A DNA stretch of 63,964 bases, the filler included, from Lama guanicoe (Eukaryota), in the NCBI GenBank assembly GCA_013239625.1. It is 79 parts of 77 records of this genome, joined end to end, with 100 filler letters (N's around TTAATTAATTAA, not from the genome) between each part and the next. Parts side by side here need not be neighbours in the genome. Positions count along the whole stretch, not along the records: positions 48,635 to 49,094 come from PNXV01012746.1; positions 49,195 to 49,615 come from MU055286.1; positions 49,716 to 50,176 come from MU055286.1; positions 50,277 to 50,934 come from MU055288.1; positions 51,035 to 52,118 come from MU055288.1; positions 52,219 to 53,027 come from MU055289.1; positions 53,128 to 53,639 come from MU055290.1; positions 53,740 to 54,399 come from PNXV01012796.1; 71 more parts are not named here. One strand, written 5' to 3'. Under the pieces are notes generated by a model. The model saw only the letters and a list, made by a program, of their open reading frames with translations. It made no database searches and had not been told where the DNA came from. This document shows positions 48,635 through 61,680 of the stretch, one piece after another. The first letter of the stretch is position 1; each line of letters starts with the position of its first letter. A program made the translations under genes and the position numbers.

Positions 48635-49094
48635 AAGATATAAAAGTAAAATAATCAAATGGGACTTACACTTACAAGCTTTTACACAGCAAAGGAAACT
48701 ATAAAAATGGAAAGACAATACAGAATGGGAGAAAATATTTACAAATGATATGACTGACAAGGACTTAATTACCAAAAGATACAAACAGTTCATCAGCCAT
48801 ACAGCTCAAACAACAACAACAACAGCAACAACAACAACCCTCCCCACTCCCCTGCCAAAAATGGGCTGAAGATCTAAATAGACATTTCTCCAAAGAAGAG
48901 ACACAGATGGCCAAAGGCACATGGAAAGACGTTCTACGTTGCTAATTATGAGAGAAATGCAAATCAAAACTACAGTGAGGTATCTCCTCACACCAGCCAG
49001 AATGACCATCATCAAGCAGTCTACAAAAATAAATGCTGGAGAAGATGTGGAGAAAAGGGAACCTTCCTACACTGTTGGTGGGAATGTAAATTGG
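48635..49094 (+). mobile_element. LINE-1 ORF2 3' fragment containing a (CAA)n tract
   Basis: [59 protein letters not shown]. Confidence 0.92.
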
Positions 49095-49515
49095 NNNNNN
49101 NNNNNNNNNNNNNNNNNNNNNNNNNNNNNNNNNNNNNNTTAATTAATTAANNNNNNNNNNNNNNNNNNNNNNNNNNNNNNNNNNNNNNNNNNNNGTACAT
49201 TTTTCTTGAGGTCCATCTGATAGTTTATCCTCTTCACATTAAAGTGTACATGATAAAGTGAATGCTATCTTGTAACTCTTTTTTTCACTACCACTGCCAT
49301 TTTTATTTCCTGAAAACTTGATTCCTCTTTATTGTAAAGAATAAAATTTAAACTTCCTGTCTTTCTAACTTGAAAAACCAAGGAATGAAAACTCTGTTCT
49401 GGGACAGCTAGAAGATGTCAATTAATTCATTTAAACTACAACAGGAAATAACAGAGTAACAGACATCAGATTCCTTTGGATGGATGGCAGATAATTAACC
49501 AAATGATTTCAAAAT

Positions 49516-49615
49516 GGGGGGTGAGGGTATAGCTCAGTTGGTAGAGAGCATGCTGAGCATGCATGAGGTACTTGGTTCAATTCACAGTACCTCCATTTGA
49601 AAAAGAAAAAAAAAA
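49516..49615 (+). mobile_element. tRNA-derived SINE, camelid Vic-1-like
   Basis: GGGGGGTGAGGGTATAGCTCAGTTGGTAGAG (A box) ... GGTTCAATTCACAGTACCTCCA (B box), then poly(A). Preceded by TTTCAAAAT. Confidence 0.85.
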
Positions 49616-50276
49616 NNNNNNNNNNNNNNNNNNNNNNNNNNNNNNNNNNNNNNNNNNNNTTAATTAATTAANNNNNNNNNNNNNNNNNNNNNNNNNNNNN
49701 NNNNNNNNNNNNNNNCCTCCAACCCCAACACCTCCCCTAGAATTCTGTTTCATCCTCTCAATCCTGTTCTTCCCTCGACCTCACCACTTCTGGCTTCTCA
49801 AGTGCCCCGAGATCTGCCTCCACCTCTCCCATAGGTACCTTGCTCCTGGGAGATGAAAAATCATCGTAACTTTTGAGAGTGGTTCCAGGTGGACCATAAG
49901 ACAGAGTGGTCTGTACTACACTACATGTTGACTTATAAATACTTTATATGCAATTTTTGAACTTACAAAAAGGCTTTCTTTCTTTTTTTTTGCACAGGGC
50001 TAGTAGCCTCAAAGTCTTTCATTTTACGTCAACTAGTGTTACTTTAAAATATCGAGATTTAGACTCTTATTCTACACTTTAAATTATTTAAGATATTATT
50101 TAAGCATTTAAAATATTATTCTGCTCCTTTGATTTGGTCATAACCTACCAGAGCAAAGTCTATAAACTAAGAACTTNNNNNNNNNNNNNNNNNNNNNNNN
50201 NNNNNNNNNNNNNNNNNNNNTTAATTAATTAANNNNNNNNNNNNNNNNNNNNNNNNNNNNNNNNNNNNNNNNNNNN

Positions 50277-50934
50277 TTATGGGAAATAGTATGAAGATTC
50301 TGCCAAAGACTAGGAATAGACTAACCACATGATCCAGCAATCCCACTCCTGGGCATATATCTAGAGGGAACTTATGGTTATCAGGAGGGAAAGGGGATGG
50401 GAAGGGGCGAATTGAGAGTTCGCGATTTGCAGACACTAACTACTACATATAAAGTAGAGAAACAAGAGCCTACTGTATACACTTATATCTTACAGTATCA
50501 ATGTCTTATATCAATATCTTATAGTAACCTATAATGAAAAAGTATGGACAAGGATGTATATATGTATAACTGAACACTACTGTAAACTATACTTCAATAT
50601 AAACAAAGAAATAAAGAAATAAAAGAACCAAGGAGCTCTGTTACCAAAGGGGAAGGGTTAGGGGTGGGGTAGGGATCAATCAGGAGTTTGGGATTAGCAG
50701 ATACAAACCAAACTATACAGAATAGATAGACAACGAGGTCCTACCATACAGCACAGGGAGCTATATTCAATAGCTTGTAGTAATCTATAGTGAAAAAGAG
50801 TATGAAAAAGAATATATAACTGAATCACTACGCTGTACACCAGAAACTAACACAACACTGTAAATCAACTATACTTCCAAAGAAAGAAGGAAAGAAAGAA
50901 AGGAAGGAAGGAAGGAAGGAAGGAAGGAAGGAAG
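50277..50934 (+). mobile_element. Two tandem LINE-1 3' ends followed by a (GAAG)n tail
   Basis: CCACATGATCCAGCAATCCCACTCCTGGGCATATAT. Two ...AACTATACTTC(A/C)A termini, at about 50597 and 50880. Confidence 0.88.
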
Positions 50935-51034
50935 NNNNNNNNNNNNNNNNNNNNNNNNNNNNNNNNNNNNNNNNNNNNTTAATTAATTAANNNNNNNNNN
51001 NNNNNNNNNNNNNNNNNNNNNNNNNNNNNNNNNN

Positions 51035-52118
51035 AAAAAAAAAAAAAAGCAAAAAAAAAAAAAAAAAAGGAGGGAGAACCCAACCAACTTAAGAGCTCTT
51101 GCATAGCAAAGGAAACCATCAACAAAACAAAAAGACAACCTACAGAACAGGAGAAAATATTTCCAAACAATGCAACCAACAAGGGGTTAATATCCAAAAT
51201 ACACAAATAGCTTATATAACTCAGTATCAAAAAACAAACAATAGAATTTAAACAATCAATATAAGACTTATATAGACATTTCCCCAAAGAAGACAAACAT
51301 GTGGCCAACAGGTACATAAGAGATGCTCAGTATTTCTAATTATTAGAGAAATGCAATTCAAAACCACAATGAGATATCACCTTACACCTGTCAGAATAAC
51401 TATCAACAAAAATCTACAAATAACAAATCTGACAAGGAGGTGGAGAAAAAGGAACTCTCATACACTGTTGGTGGGAATGTAAAAGGTGCTGCCACTGTGG
51501 AAAACAGTACGGAGATTCCTTAAAAACTGAAAATAGAACTACCATATGATGCAGCATTTCCACTCCTGGGAATACATTCAGAAAAATGAAAATACTAATC
51601 CAAAAGGATACATGCACCCCAATGTTCAGAGCAACATATTTACACTAGCCAAGACATGGTAGCAACCGCAGTACCCAATAGCAGATGAGAATTACTTCTA
51701 TATCTAAAAAATAATGCATATGCAAAGCAGAAACAGACTCAAAGACATGGAAAACAAACGTGTGTTTACCAAAGGGGAGAGAGAAAGGGAGGGACAAATT
51801 GGGGGTTATGGTATGGNNNNNNNNNNNNNNNNNNNNNNNNNNNNNNNNNNNNNNNNNNNNNNNNNNNNNNNNNNNNNNNNNNNNNNNNNNNNNNNNNNNN
51901 NNNNNNNNNNNNNNNNNNNNNNNNNNNNNNNNNNNNNNNNNNNNNNNNNNNNNNNNNNNNNNNNNNNNNNNNNNNNNNNNNNNNNNNNNNNNTCTTGTAA
52001 CATAATGGAACACAATCTATAAAACTATTGAATCTCTTATGCTACGCACCTGAAACCAATACAATATAAATCAACCATACTTCAATTAAAATATATATAC
52101 ATATAAAATAACATAACA
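51035..52118 (+). mobile_element. LINE-1 ORF2 C-terminus and 3' UTR
   Basis: [52 protein letters not shown]. Terminus ACCATACTTCAATTAAAA. Confidence 0.93.
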
Positions 52119-52218
52119 NNNNNNNNNNNNNNNNNNNNNNNNNNNNNNNNNNNNNNNNNNNNTTAATTAATTAANNNNNNNNNNNNNNNNNNNNNNNNNN
52201 NNNNNNNNNNNNNNNNNN

Positions 52219-53027
52219 AAGACAGAATATAGAATATAGACAAAGGAATTTAGAATATAGAATAAAGTATATAGAAACTAGAACACAGAATATAGAATAG
52301 AGAATATAGAACCCAAAATTTAGAACATGTAATGCAGAACACAGATTTTAGAATATAGAATACAAAATACTGAATATAGAATTTAGAATATAGAATGTNN
52401 NNNNNNNNNNNNNNNNNNNNNNNNNNNNNNNNNNNNNNNNNNNNNNNNNNNNNNNNNNNNNNNNNNNNNNNNNNNNNNNNNNNNNNNNNNNNNNNNNNNN
52501 NNNNNNNNNNNNNNNNNNNNNNNNNNNNNNNNNNNNNNNNNNNNNNNNNNNNNNNNNNNNNNNNNNNNNNNNNNNNNNNNNNNNNNNNNNNNNNNNNNNN
52601 NNNNNNNNNNNNNNNNNNNNNNNNNNNNNNNNNNNNNNNNNNNNNNNNNNNNNNNNNNNNNNNNNNNNNNNNNNNNNNNNNNNNNNNNNNNNNNNNNNNN
52701 NNNNNNNNNNNNNNNNNNNNNNNNNNNNNNNNNNNNNNNNNNNNNNNNNNNNNNNNNNNNNNNNNNNNNNNNNNNNNNNNNNNNNNNNNNNNNNNNNNNN
52801 NNNNNNNNNNNNNNNNNNNNNNNNNNNNNNNNNNNNNNNNNNNNNNNNNNNNNNNNNNNNNNNNNNNNNNNNNNNNNNNNNNNNNNNNNNNNNNNNNNNN
52901 NNNNNNNNNNNNNNNNNNNNNNNNNATAGAGTATACACAAAATATAGAACTTGGAATGCAGAACACAGAATTTAGAACATAGAATACAGGATACTGAATA
53001 TAGAATTTAGAATAAAGAATGTAGAAC
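52219..53027 (-). repeat. Heptamer satellite family H
   Basis: TATAGAA/TTTAGAA/CACAGAA units. Confidence 0.92.
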
Positions 53028-53127
53028 NNNNNNNNNNNNNNNNNNNNNNNNNNNNNNNNNNNNNNNNNNNNTTAATTAATTAANNNNNNNNNNNNNNNNN
53101 NNNNNNNNNNNNNNNNNNNNNNNNNNN

Positions 53128-53639
53128 TTCTATATTCAGTATTCATTATTCTATATTCTAAATTATGTGTTCAACAATGTATATTAATATTCTATATTCA
53201 GTATTTGGTACTCTATATTCTAAATTCTGTGTTGTGCATTCCATGTTCTAAATTTTGTGTTCTATATACTGTATTCTATTTTCTATATTCTGTGTTCTAC
53301 ATTCTATATTCTATATTCTATATTCAGTATTCTATACTCTGTATTCTAAATTCTGTGTTCTACATTCTATATTCTAAATTCTATATTCAGTAATCTGCAT
53401 TCTATATTCTAAATTCTTTGTTCTGCATTCCATGTTCTAAATTCTTAGTTCTATATTCTGTTTTCCATATTCTAAATTCTGNNNNNNNNNNNNNNNNNNN
53501 NTATTCTATATTCTATATTTTGTGTTCATCATTCTATATTCTTTATTCTATATTCTGCATTCCGTAGTCTATAATCTATATACTGTTTTCTATATTCTAT
53601 ATTCTAACTTCTATATTCAGTATTCTGTATTCTATATTC
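53128..53639 (+). repeat. Heptamer satellite family H
   Basis: TTCNNNN units. Confidence 0.92.
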
Positions 53640-55502
53640 NNNNNNNNNNNNNNNNNNNNNNNNNNNNNNNNNNNNNNNNNNNNTTAATTAATTAANNNNN
53701 NNNNNNNNNNNNNNNNNNNNNNNNNNNNNNNNNNNNNNNGCATTTCCAAGCCTTTAGACCAAAATGCACCAAGCCCAGGTAAGCCTTTAACAGGTTGGGG
53801 CCTAGCTATCAAGCACTTGCTCTTCCCTCCCCTCCACTCAGGCATCCATTTTGAGGGATCAGTACCTGAGCTGCAATGAAGCCAGTAAGAGAAGTGCAAG
53901 CCCGTCCTAGAATCAGATTTCCTCTAGCTTCATCCTCTGTGAACAACAGGGAACCCCATAAAGGTCAAATACTCTCGTATGAAATAGATAGGAATTGAAT
54001 ACTTAGCTCCCACTAAGAAACGATGGCCTTCCGCTAGATTCAAGCAAATGCTGTTGTCTTCTCTGGGGTGAAAGGAGTGTGGTAAGTGAGGGGAATCTTT
54101 GACTGAACTTGAATATGCATTAGGCCTCCATTTTTCAAGACAGTCTAGGTAAATATTAGAATCGAATCGTGAACTGAACTGTAAAAGTCGCCAATGTGAT
54201 CAAAGTCACAGCTATGTGGACAGTCTTTCACTTCAGTCAAGCCCCCGGGGGCATTATATCATGGGGTGCAGTCTTGGTTGCGTTCAATTGCTATACCCAA
54301 CATGATCGGATGATTAAGGTTTCTCATCACTGATAGGAGAACACCTGTTCCTCAATAGCCTAGCATAGCTGCAGCAGGGTTCCCTGAGCTATAATGCCTN
54401 NNNNNNNNNNNNNNNNNNNNNNNNNNNNNNNNNNNNNNNNNNNTTAATTAATTAANNNNNNNNNNNNNNNNNNNNNNNNNNNNNNNNNNNNNNNNNNNNT
54501 GAAGAGTAGGACATAAGATCACGGAGACTGAGTGCTTGGCAGCCAAGCCTAGGTAGAGAGGGGAGCAGAGGTGGGGAGGGGCCTGGCTCCGGAACCAGCT
54601 CCTGTACGTGTCACCACACCCAAGCCACATAGCTTTTAATTGGCCTGGGCCACCTCTCTGGGCTGGATGTCACCCTGGGCAGAACCTTGAGAATCTATGG
54701 TAAGGAGTGGGCAGCACTCACCTAGGAGGTCACTGAGAACTTTGTTCAAGTCCACAGTACCTTTTCTGGTCATGTGTCTTCACTTGTCCTTTATCTCAGG
54801 ATCTGAGGAGGAGGAGCAAGGAACTCAGTGAGAGATCCAGGAAGGTATCCGACTGTGTTAAGAGAGGACAGAAAAAGTGAAACGGGGCGTGAGGACACTT
54901 GCAGCAAATTAAAATGACTTCACAACTACTGCACAGAGCTGCAGGTATGAGAAAGCCTAAGCCTGTCTCAGAGTGCAGGGGACAACCGGAAAGGAATGGC
55001 AAAATTTCCACTGACAATTGAAATTTTGTTAAATAGCCTGCTACACTTGTTTGTATCACTTGAATGAATGCAGGCAGATTTCTGTGGGCAATTACAGGTT
55101 CACTGAACCCCACCAGCCCCTCTTGCCCGCATCGGGGATGGGCTTTCTCAAGCACAGTGCCCCTCCTGCTTGGGTGGGCCACGCTGCTGGTCCTCGCCTG
55201 GGGCCGGGCTGCTGCAGGGCACTGAGTCCCCGAGGCACGGCCTGTGAGACACGACAGGAACATCTCTGCCCTTGACTGGGGGCCTCCGATTCCCCTGCAG
55301 TGTAAGAAAAAAACTGAGTGAGTGCTTCCAAGCTGTCCTTGTACTCGGCATCACGAAGCGGAGCCGGGAAGCTTCCGAATTTCTCCAGAATGCGGTCTAC
55401 ATNNNNNNNNNNNNNNNNNNNNNNNNNNNNNNNNNNNNNNNNNNNNTTAATTAATTAANNNNNNNNNNNNNNNNNNNNNNNNNNNNNNNNNNNNNNNNNN
55501 NN

Positions 55503-56344
55503 TATTCTATATTCTAAATACTGTGTTCTGCATTCCATGTTCTAAATTTTGTTTTCTGTATTCTTTTTTCCATATTCTATAATCTGTTTTCAACGTTCTA
55601 TATTCTGTATTCTATATTCTGCATTTCGTATTCTATATTGTATATTCTGTGTTCTACATTCTATATTCTAAAATCTATATTCAGTATTCTTTATTCTACA
55701 TCCTAAATTCTGTGTTCTACATTCCGTGTTCTAAATTCTGGGTTCTATATTCTGTGTTCTACATTGTATATTCTGACTATATTCTGTGATCTACATTCTA
55801 TATTCTAAATTCTATATTCAGTATTCTTTATTCTACATCCTAAATTCTGTGTTCTACATCCTATATTCTTAATTGCATATTCAGTATTCTGAATTCTATA
55901 TTCTACATTCTGAGTTCTGCATTCCATGTTCCAAAATCTGGCTTCAATATTCTCTAAGCTATATTTTTTTTTGTGTTTTCTACATTCTATATTCTAAATT
56001 ATATATTCAGTGTTATGTATTTTATATTCTATATTCTGTGTTCTACATTCAATTTTTTAATTTTTTTTTTATGTATTTTGAATTCTATATTCAAAATTCT
56101 GTGTTNNNNNNNNNNNNNNNNNNNNNNNNNNNNNNNNNNNNNNNNNNNNNNNNNNNNNNNNNNNNNNNNNNNNNNNNNNNNNNNNNNNNNNNNNNNNNNN
56201 NNNNNNNNNNNNNNNNNNNNNNNNNNGTATTCTATATATTCTGTGTTCTACATTCTATATTCTAAATTCTATATTGAATATTCTGTATTCTATTATCTAT
56301 ATTCTGTGTTCTACATTCTATATTGTAAATTCTATATTCAGCTT
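55503..56344 (+). repeat. Heptamer satellite family H
   Basis: TTCNNNN units. Confidence 0.92.
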
Positions 56345-56444
56345 NNNNNNNNNNNNNNNNNNNNNNNNNNNNNNNNNNNNNNNNNNNNTTAATTAATTAA
56401 NNNNNNNNNNNNNNNNNNNNNNNNNNNNNNNNNNNNNNNNNNNN

Positions 56445-57175
56445 ATAGAATGTAGAACACAGAATACAGAATATGGAAAACAGAATACAGGACGCAAATT
56501 TAGAACATGTAATGCAGAACACTGGATTTAGAATACAGAATAGAAAATAATGAATCTAGGATTTAGTACATAGATTGCAGAACACTGAATTTAGAATATT
56601 GAATACAGAATAAAGAATATAGAATTTAGAACAAGGATTGCAGAACACAGAATTTAGATTATAGTGTTCAGGATACTGAATATAGAATTTAGAATATTGA
56701 ATTTAAAACACAGTATATAGAATATTGAAGAAAGAATATAGAAACCCGAATTTAGAACATGGAATGCAGAACACAGAATTTAGAATATAGAATACAGAAT
56801 ACTGAATATAGAATTAAACGATTGCAGAACACAGAATTAAGAATATAGTGTTCAGAATACTGAGTATAGAATTTTGAATATAGAATTTAAAACACAGTAT
56901 ATAAAATATAGAAAACCGAATATAGGAACCAGAATTTAGAACATGGAATGCAGAACACAGAATTTAGAATATAGAATACACATTACTGAATATAGAATTT
57001 AGAATATAGGATGTATAACACAGAATATATAATATAGAATACTGAATGCACTATATTTAATGTAGAATATTGAATGAGTAACACAAAATTTAGAATATAG
57101 AAGAGAGAATATGGAAGCCAGAATTAAGAAAATGGAATGCAGAACACAGAATTTATAATATAAAATGCAGAATAC
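56445..57175 (-). repeat. Heptamer satellite family H
   Basis: ATGGAATGCAGAACACAGAATTTA landmark at about 56759, 56943 and 57132. Confidence 0.92.
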
Positions 57176-57275
57176 NNNNNNNNNNNNNNNNNNNNNNNNN
57201 NNNNNNNNNNNNNNNNNNNTTAATTAATTAANNNNNNNNNNNNNNNNNNNNNNNNNNNNNNNNNNNNNNNNNNNN

Positions 57276-58206
57276 GGTCGGCAACGCTTGGGTTTTAACG
57301 GAATACCAAAGCTCGTCTCCCCAGGGATTTTTCCTAATGTCTCTGTACCAGGGAATGCTATGGGGGTTTGCAGGCAATCCCAGGGACAGAGGCTGCCTCC
57401 CCAATGTCAGTGAAGGTATTCCTCAGACTCCCCGTTCAGGGAACACCTGTGACTGAAGAGAGCTGCGTGGAATGGTCTCTCGAGCTCCCCACGCACTGAC
57501 AATGTTTCCGGTATCCTGAGCCTGGGGAGGTTCCACCAAAGGTCGGCAACGCTTGGGTTTTAACGGAATACCAAAGCTCATCTCCCCTGGGTTTTTTCCT
57601 AGTTTCTCTGTGCCAGGGAATCCTAGGGGTGTTTGCAGGCAATCCAAGTGACAGAGGCTGCCTCCCCAAGATCAGGTAAGTATTTCTCAGAATTCCCCCT
57701 AACAGGGAACACCTGTGACTGAAGAGAGCTGCGTGGAATGGTCTCTCGAGCTCCCCACGCACTGACAATGGTTCCGGAATCCTGAGCGTGGGGAGGTTCC
57801 ACCAACGGTCGTCAGCACGTGGGTTCTANNNNNNNNNNNNNNNNNNNNNNNNNNNNNNNNNNNNNNNNNNNNNNNNNNNNNNNNNNNNNNNNNNNNNNNN
57901 NNNNNNNNNNNNNNNNNNNNNNNNNNNNNNNNNNNNGGAAGGTATTTCTCAGAATTTCCCCTAACAGGGAACACCTGTGACTGAAGAGAGCTGCATGGAG
58001 TTGTCTCTCGAGCTCCCCACGCACTGACAATTGTTCCGGAATACTGAGCGTGAGGAGGTTCCACCAATGGTCGGCAGCGCGTGAGTTTTAACGGAATGCC
58101 TAAGCTCGTCTCCAATTGGTTTTTTCATAATGTCTCTTTGCCAGGGAATGCTATGGGGTTTTGCAGGAAATCCCAGTGACAGAAGCTGCCTCCCCAAGTT
58201 CAGGGA
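57276..58206 (-). repeat. ~267-bp satellite family A, reverse orientation
   Basis: GGTCGGCAACGCTTGGGTTTTAACGG at 57276 and 57541 (period 265). Reverse complement of the 1-1240 monomer. Confidence 0.93.
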
Positions 58207-58306
58207 NNNNNNNNNNNNNNNNNNNNNNNNNNNNNNNNNNNNNNNNNNNNTTAATTAATTAANNNNNNNNNNNNNNNNNNNNNNNNNNNNNNNNNNNNNN
58301 NNNNNN

Positions 58307-58798
58307 GTGCTGCTGTCAGTTTTAGGAACCTCCCCACACTCAGAATACCAGAACATTTCTTCGCGTATATGCTGGATATAGGGAAACAGTCAAAGCATCT
58401 TTCAGGGGCACATTTATTCCATGGTTGTGGGTTGTAGGTTAAAAACCCACATCCCATGGATAGGCTCTCGCTAATACTTGGTTTTGAGCCCAANNNNNNN
58501 NNNNNNNTAGGCATGGCATCAGGGAAGACAAGCTAAGGGATTCTATTAGGTCCCAGGTGCTGCTGTCATTTGGAGGAGCCTCCCCACAACCAGGATACCT
58601 GAGCACGACTCCGTGTGTGTGCTGAAAGTGGGGAAACAGATTCCAAGCATTTTTATGGGGCACAGGTCTTCCAAGGTTGGGGAAGTAGTTTAAAACCCTC
58701 CACTACCCACAGTGATGCACTCGCTAATACTTGGCTTTGAGCCCATCCACAACCATCGCTTACTGCTAGGCCTAGGAAAACACTTAGGGAAGTCAAGC
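58307..58798 (+). repeat. Diverged ~266-bp satellite (family B)
   Basis: GGAACCTCCCCACACTCAGAATACCAGAAC versus family A GGAACCTCCCCACGCTCAGGATTCCGGAAC. AGGGAAG.CAAGC at 58521 and 58786 (period 265). Confidence 0.8.
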
Positions 58799-58898
58799 NN
58801 NNNNNNNNNNNNNNNNNNNNNNNNNNNNNNNNNNNNNNNNNNTTAATTAATTAANNNNNNNNNNNNNNNNNNNNNNNNNNNNNNNNNNNNNNNNNNNN

Positions 58899-59092
58899 CT
58901 TATTTTATGGCTGAGTAGTATCCATTGTATATACGTACCACACCTTTTTTCACTCATCTTTTGATGGAAATTTGAGTTGCTTTCATGTCCTGGTTATTGT
59001 AAATAGTACTACTGTGAACATTGGGGTGCCTGTGTCTTTTGGATTTAGAGTTTTCTCTGGATGTATGCCCAGGAATGGGATTGCTGGGTCGT
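58899..59092 (-). mobile_element. LINE-1 3' fragment
   Basis: TTTTATGGCTGAGTAGTATCCATTGTATAT...GGATGTATGCCCAGGAATGGGATTGCTGGGTC. Confidence 0.85.
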
Positions 59093-60305
59093 ATTCTTCA
59101 TCCATTTTTTATTTACTTATTTTGTTGTTGTTGAGTTGTAGTAAAAAGACTAGCAGGATGTTCTCATTTTACCTATGGTTTGGAGAGGACTGAGCTTGAA
59201 ACTTTTGCAGAGCAGTAACCAGGGCAAGAGTAGAGGGGGACCAGAGCTGTCTGCAGCTGAGAGGATGCACACTGTGCATACAGGTGTTCTACACAAAGGC
59301 CCACCTGGCTTTCCTCTGGATCTTCGGTGGCCTTGGACAAGGAAGACCTAGGCCATTCCCTTAAAGTCTGGGCTNNNNNNNNNNNNNNNNNNNNNNNNNN
59401 NNNNNNNNNNNNNNNNNNTTAATTAATTAANNNNNNNNNNNNNNNNNNNNNNNNNNNNNNNNNNNNNNNNNNNNATTTATATTTTTATTATATAACATAT
59501 TTTCATTTCAAGTTCTTAAACAATAAAATCTTAACACCAATGTAGGCAATGTTAGTTACAACGGACTCAGAATAAAGAATATCTCTTTCATAGACTGTGA
59601 CTCCTGAAAGTGCTCTAAAAACACTATGAGTTTCATTAGCAGCAAAGCATTAGCCTAATGGAAACCTCCCTCCTCCCCTTACATGTGTATGTACGTATAC
59701 ACATACTTTACGTCAGTATCTTCTATCGGTCCAACTTAAATCTGACAATTGTTCTCAGAGGCTGTGNNNNNNNNNNNNNNNNNNNNNNNNNNNNNNNNNN
59801 NNNNNNNNNNNNNNNNNNNNNNNNNNNNNNNNNNNNNNNNNNNNNNNNNNNNNNNNNNNNNNNNNNNNNNNNNNNNNNNNNNNNNNNNNNNNNNNNNNNN
59901 NNNNNNNNNNNNNNNNNNNNNNNNNNNNNNNNNNNNNNNNNNNNNNNNNNNNNNNNNNNNNNNNNNNNNNNNNNNNNNNNNNNNNNNNNNNNNNNNNNNN
60001 NNNNNNNNNNNNNNNNNNNNNNNNNNNNNNNNNNNNNNNNNNNNNNNNNNNNNNNNNNNNNNNNNNNNNNNNNNNNNNNNNNNNNNNNNNNNNNNNNNNN
60101 NNNNNNNNNNNNNNNNNNNNNNNNNNNNNNNNNNNNCTTCTCTCAGATGAATTTTCCAGCATCCTTCCCCCAGGAGCACGCTGACAGCTCCGTCATCCTG
60201 CATCTNNNNNNNNNNNNNNNNNNNNNNNNNNNNNNNNNNNNNNNNNNNNTTAATTAATTAANNNNNNNNNNNNNNNNNNNNNNNNNNNNNNNNNNNNNNN
60301 NNNNN

Positions 60306-61047
60306 ATTAACAAATTGATAAGCATTTAGCCAGGCTTCTCAAGAAATACAGACTTGACCCAGCAAAGTAATAAATGAAATATTAGAAATAATTTCTGAGA
60401 GTGCAGTAATACAAAGATTATGAAAGCACTCTGAGCAGTTACATGGCAACCAACTGGACGACCTTAAAGAAATGGACAAATTTCTTGAAACGTACAGCGT
60501 GCCAACACTGAATAAAATGAAAACTGAAAACTTGAAAAGAGCAATCAGTTTAATTTAAAAAAAATCTATAGTTTTATAAACACCCCTTGAACAAAATGCC
60601 TGNNNNNNNNNNNNNNNNNNNNNNNNNNNNNNNNNNNNNNNNNNNNNNNNNNNNNNNNNNNNNNNNNNNNNNNNNNNNNNNNNNNNNNNNNNNNNNNNNN
60701 NNNNNNNNNNNNNNNNNNNNNNNNNNNNNNNNNNNNNNNNNNNNNNNNNNNNNNNNNNNNNNNNNNNNNNNNNNNNNNNNNNNNNNNNNNNNNNNNNNNN
60801 NNNNNNNNNNNNNNNNNNNNNNNNNNNNNNNNNNNNNNNNNNNNNNNNNNNNNNNNNNNNNNNNNNNNNNNNNNNNNNNNNNNNNNNNNNNNTCAGCATG
60901 ACACATATTTAATAAAGGAAGGACAAAATTCACAGGACCATGTCAATACACACAGAAAAAGCATTAGACAATATTCAAGATACATTCGTGATCAGAAATC
61001 TCATGAAAGAGAGTATAATGGAAACATCCCTCAGCATACTATAGGCC
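60306..61047 (+). mobile_element. Diverged LINE-1 ORF2 (between endonuclease and RT domains)
   Basis: IDK.LARL.KK, EQL.GNQLDDLKEMDKFLETY..P.LN, MSI.TEKALD.IQ..F.I. Confidence 0.85.
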
Positions 61048-61680
61048 NNNNNNNNNNNNNNNNNNNNNNNNNNNNNNNNNNNNNNNNNNNNTTAATTAAT
61101 TAANNNNNNNNNNNNNNNNNNNNNNNNNNNNNNNNNNNNNNNNNNNNATAAAAATAAATATATTTTTAAAAAATTTCAATGGGATTTAAAAGGGGGGATA
61201 TAAAATTGCCTAAGAAGTAAAAATTAAGAGGGTATGAGAAAATGGAACAGGTTAAAACAGATTAAAACAAGGAGGTGGTCATTGTGTCCTGGAGACTGTG
61301 TACTTTTAATGTGAAATATTTCTGTATTAATCCTGTTTTGGAAGCTCAGCTTGCTTTTTCCAGAGGCCCTCCATTGGATCCCTCATCTGTGCAGCTCCCA
61401 GTGCCTGTCAGCAAGCAGATCACTCCTACTCCCAAATCTGGTCCTGGAACAGCTCTCTTTACTGTGGGCTGTCTTGTCACTGCCCTGACTGAAGCCCCAG
61501 TCTCATGTTTGACTGACCAGGCAGGAGTGGACATCAAGCCCTCTCCCAGCCACATGGTCAGGAGCTGTGTTCCAACCCAANNNNNNNNNNNNNNNNNNNN
61601 NNNNNNNNNNNNNNNNNNNNNNNNTTAATTAATTAANNNNNNNNNNNNNNNNNNNNNNNNNNNNNNNNNNNNNNNNNNNN

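Noticed and set aside
49516..49600. Possible tRNA gene
   Set aside because: The poly(A) tail, G-rich head, weak acceptor-stem pairing and a second dispersed copy indicate a SINE.
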